Source of the DNA: Schmidtea polychroa
Lineage: Eukaryota
Length of the DNA stretch: 64,000 nucleotides
Reading direction: 5' to 3'
NCBI GenBank assembly: GCA_044892525.1
Contig: CM097885.1
Coordinates: forward strand, 25,546,001 to 25,610,000
The position numbers and the translations under genes are program-made. The notes below the pieces were generated by a model that searched no databases, had not been told where the DNA came from, and worked only from the letters and a program-made list of their open reading frames with translations. This document shows, piece after piece, positions 62,080-64,000 of the stretch (positions within the stretch are counted from its first letter, which is position 1; each line of letters starts with the position of its first letter).

Positions 62080-62872
62080 ATGGATATTTGGAAACCAATT
62101 TTAAATAGACATAAGAGTAAATTTAATAATAAAGTATTTCCTGATAATTTTAGATTATTAATTGTTGGTTCTTCTGGATGTGGAAAGAATGTACTTCTTT
62201 TGAGGATGTTGCTTGAAGATGATTTTTTAGATTATAATAATTTAATCTTTTACTCTACAACCATAAATCAACCAGAATTACAACTTTTGAAATGTGGATT
62301 TGAAAATAAATTAACTAAAAAAGCAATAATTGATATTTTTAAAAATCAACATAGATGTCCTGAAGAAGTTTTTCAACCTTGTGATATGGTTGATTGGTAT
62401 AAGGAAATGATTTTAGAATCAGATATTAGTAATAAAAATGATTATATTTGTGAAGAGGGGGAGGGGCAAGCAATTCAAGTTTTATTCTCTAATAAACCTG
62501 AAGATGTTTTACATTGTGATTTACTTCCTAAAGATAAAAAGAATCTAGTTATATTTGATGATGTTGTTAACATGAAAAATCAAGAGATTCAAGAGTTACT
62601 TTACAAGAGGAAGACATAATAATTGTAATGTTATATATATATCTCAAACTTATTATGCTTTAGATAAAAATTCAATAAGAAATAATTCCAATTGTTTTAT
62701 ATTTTTTAAATTAGATCGCCGTGATAAGAATATGATTTATAATGATTTCTTTTCAAATGTTGAACCTGATAAGAATATGTTTGATATGTTTGTTGATAAT
62801 CATTGGAGAGAAAAATATAATTATATTTATTTGGATAGAGAAGAAGCTGAAATATGGAAAAGTTTGTTTTAG
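62080..62872 (+). CDS. Packaging ATPase, needing the same +1 frameshift near 62599
   Basis: Walker A and B in frame 0; FTRGRH...WKSLF* in the +1 frame to 62872. Confidence 0.9.
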
Positions 62873-64000
62873 AAATCTGTTTTCTGTAACTCATTATTAT
62901 AAAATCTACCTAATATTTTTTCATTATTTAAATCAATGATGCTATATGTTATTGGAGTTGTATAATGTATTTTATTTATAATAAAAATTTCATTTGTCCA
63001 TTTTGCTGTGAATCCTTTTTCAAATTTATTTTTATATTTAAATATTCTTACTCGGTCACCAATTTTAAACTTTGGTTTTTCAATAACATCATTTTCAATA
63101 TTTACCACTTTAATGGTTTCAGGATTCAAGGAAGCATTTAAAGGTGTTGATTTTATAGAACTATGTACATCATTATTATATTCATTTACAATCTTTTGTA
63201 ACAATTCATTGTTCCATTTTTGTTTTCCAATAGCAGTAAAATATTTCCACATTTTATTTTTTAATGTTCTATTTAATCTTTCAACCACAACTGCTTTTCC
63301 TTCGTTTTCTGTTGAATATAATTTAATATCGTTTTCATTTAAAAACTTTGTAAAAACTTTGTTATAAAATTCTGTTCCTTTATCACACCACAATATATTT
63401 TGGAATTCTTTGATGTTCTTCAAATATATTTTCAAATGCTTCTGTAATAGAATATCCTGTTTTATTTTCTAAACACCTTGCAAAAGCAAATCTTGTATAT
63501 AAATCTATTACTGTTAAAATTATTTTATATTTTTCAGGGTCTGATGATTTGGTTGGCATAAAGACTAAATCTGCAGACCATGTTTGATCTTTTTCATGTA
63601 ATTGAACTTTTAAATATTTTTTATTTTTTCTAAATTCATGGTGTAATTCGTTGGCATATTTTATTTGTGATTCTGTTGGGGTTAATAAACTAGTCTTGGA
63701 TATATTCTCGAGGGATCTTTCAGCATCTGCTTGTTCAATAATCTTTTTATTAGCAACATCTTTTGCCATCCTTGGTAAACTATCACCTATGAAAATCTTA
63801 CCTTTCATTGCTAATTTAACTAGAGCTCTTTGAATCTTTTCTTGGGTTGATGGATTTTGGATACTATTTAAATCATGTATTAAATTAACATCTGCAACAT
63901 GTCTATCTCTAAGATCTTCTGAATTGTAAGCAATATCATGTTTTAAAGCTGCTTGGTCGATTCTATTTATTGGTTCTTCTCCTTGTTTGGGATTATTATT
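62869..64000 (-). pseudogene. PLA2-integrase fusion, frameshift near 63390, 5' end outside the window
   Basis: PINRIDQAALKHDIAY (about 63925-63975) is in frame with WSADL; WCDKGTEF and VERLNR are in the next frame. Confidence 0.88.

Larger units (their letters stand above)
52317..64000 (+). mobile_element. Polinton element B, same family and gene order as A, running off the window end
   Basis: pPolB, membrane protein, fibre, penton, protease, core proteins, ATPase and PLA2-integrase are colinear with element A. The start GTGTATATATACCC resembles the A terminus minus AGTA. Confidence 0.93.

Overview
This is AT-rich eukaryotic (metazoan) genomic DNA with (AAT)n microsatellites and 41-47 bp introns. 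A flatworm/planarian-like host is my guess, not shown. The window is dominated by Polinton/Maverick (adintovirus-like) endogenous DNA viruses. Element A (8310-23668) is complete, with AGTAGT..ACTACT ends, imperfect ~280 bp TIRs and a 6-bp ATTACA target-site duplication. It encodes pPolB, fibre-like protein, penton, protease, core proteins, packaging ATPase, a PLA2-integrase fusion and major capsid; several of these are frameshifted. Element B (about 52317 to the window end) is a related copy with a largely intact pPolB. A second family is present as a decayed pPolB (about 31.5-34.5 kb) and as one arm, element C (about 45.6-52.3 kb). C carries a chromo-integrase with a microsatellite intron, an ATPase, a TBP-like gene, a spliced Bcl-2 homologue and other small spliced genes. 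Between these lie a host Hsp70, a decayed Gypsy element, hAT and MULE remnants and a pair of orphan paralogues. The most notable candidates are: (1) a conserved subterminal cassette of two Pol III-type structured ncRNAs (VA-RNA-like) in A and B; (2) an identical +1 frameshift in both packaging ATPases; (3) the PLA2-integrase polyprotein; (4) the intron-bearing host-modulating cargo of element C. All calls come from reading motifs by eye; no database searches were run.
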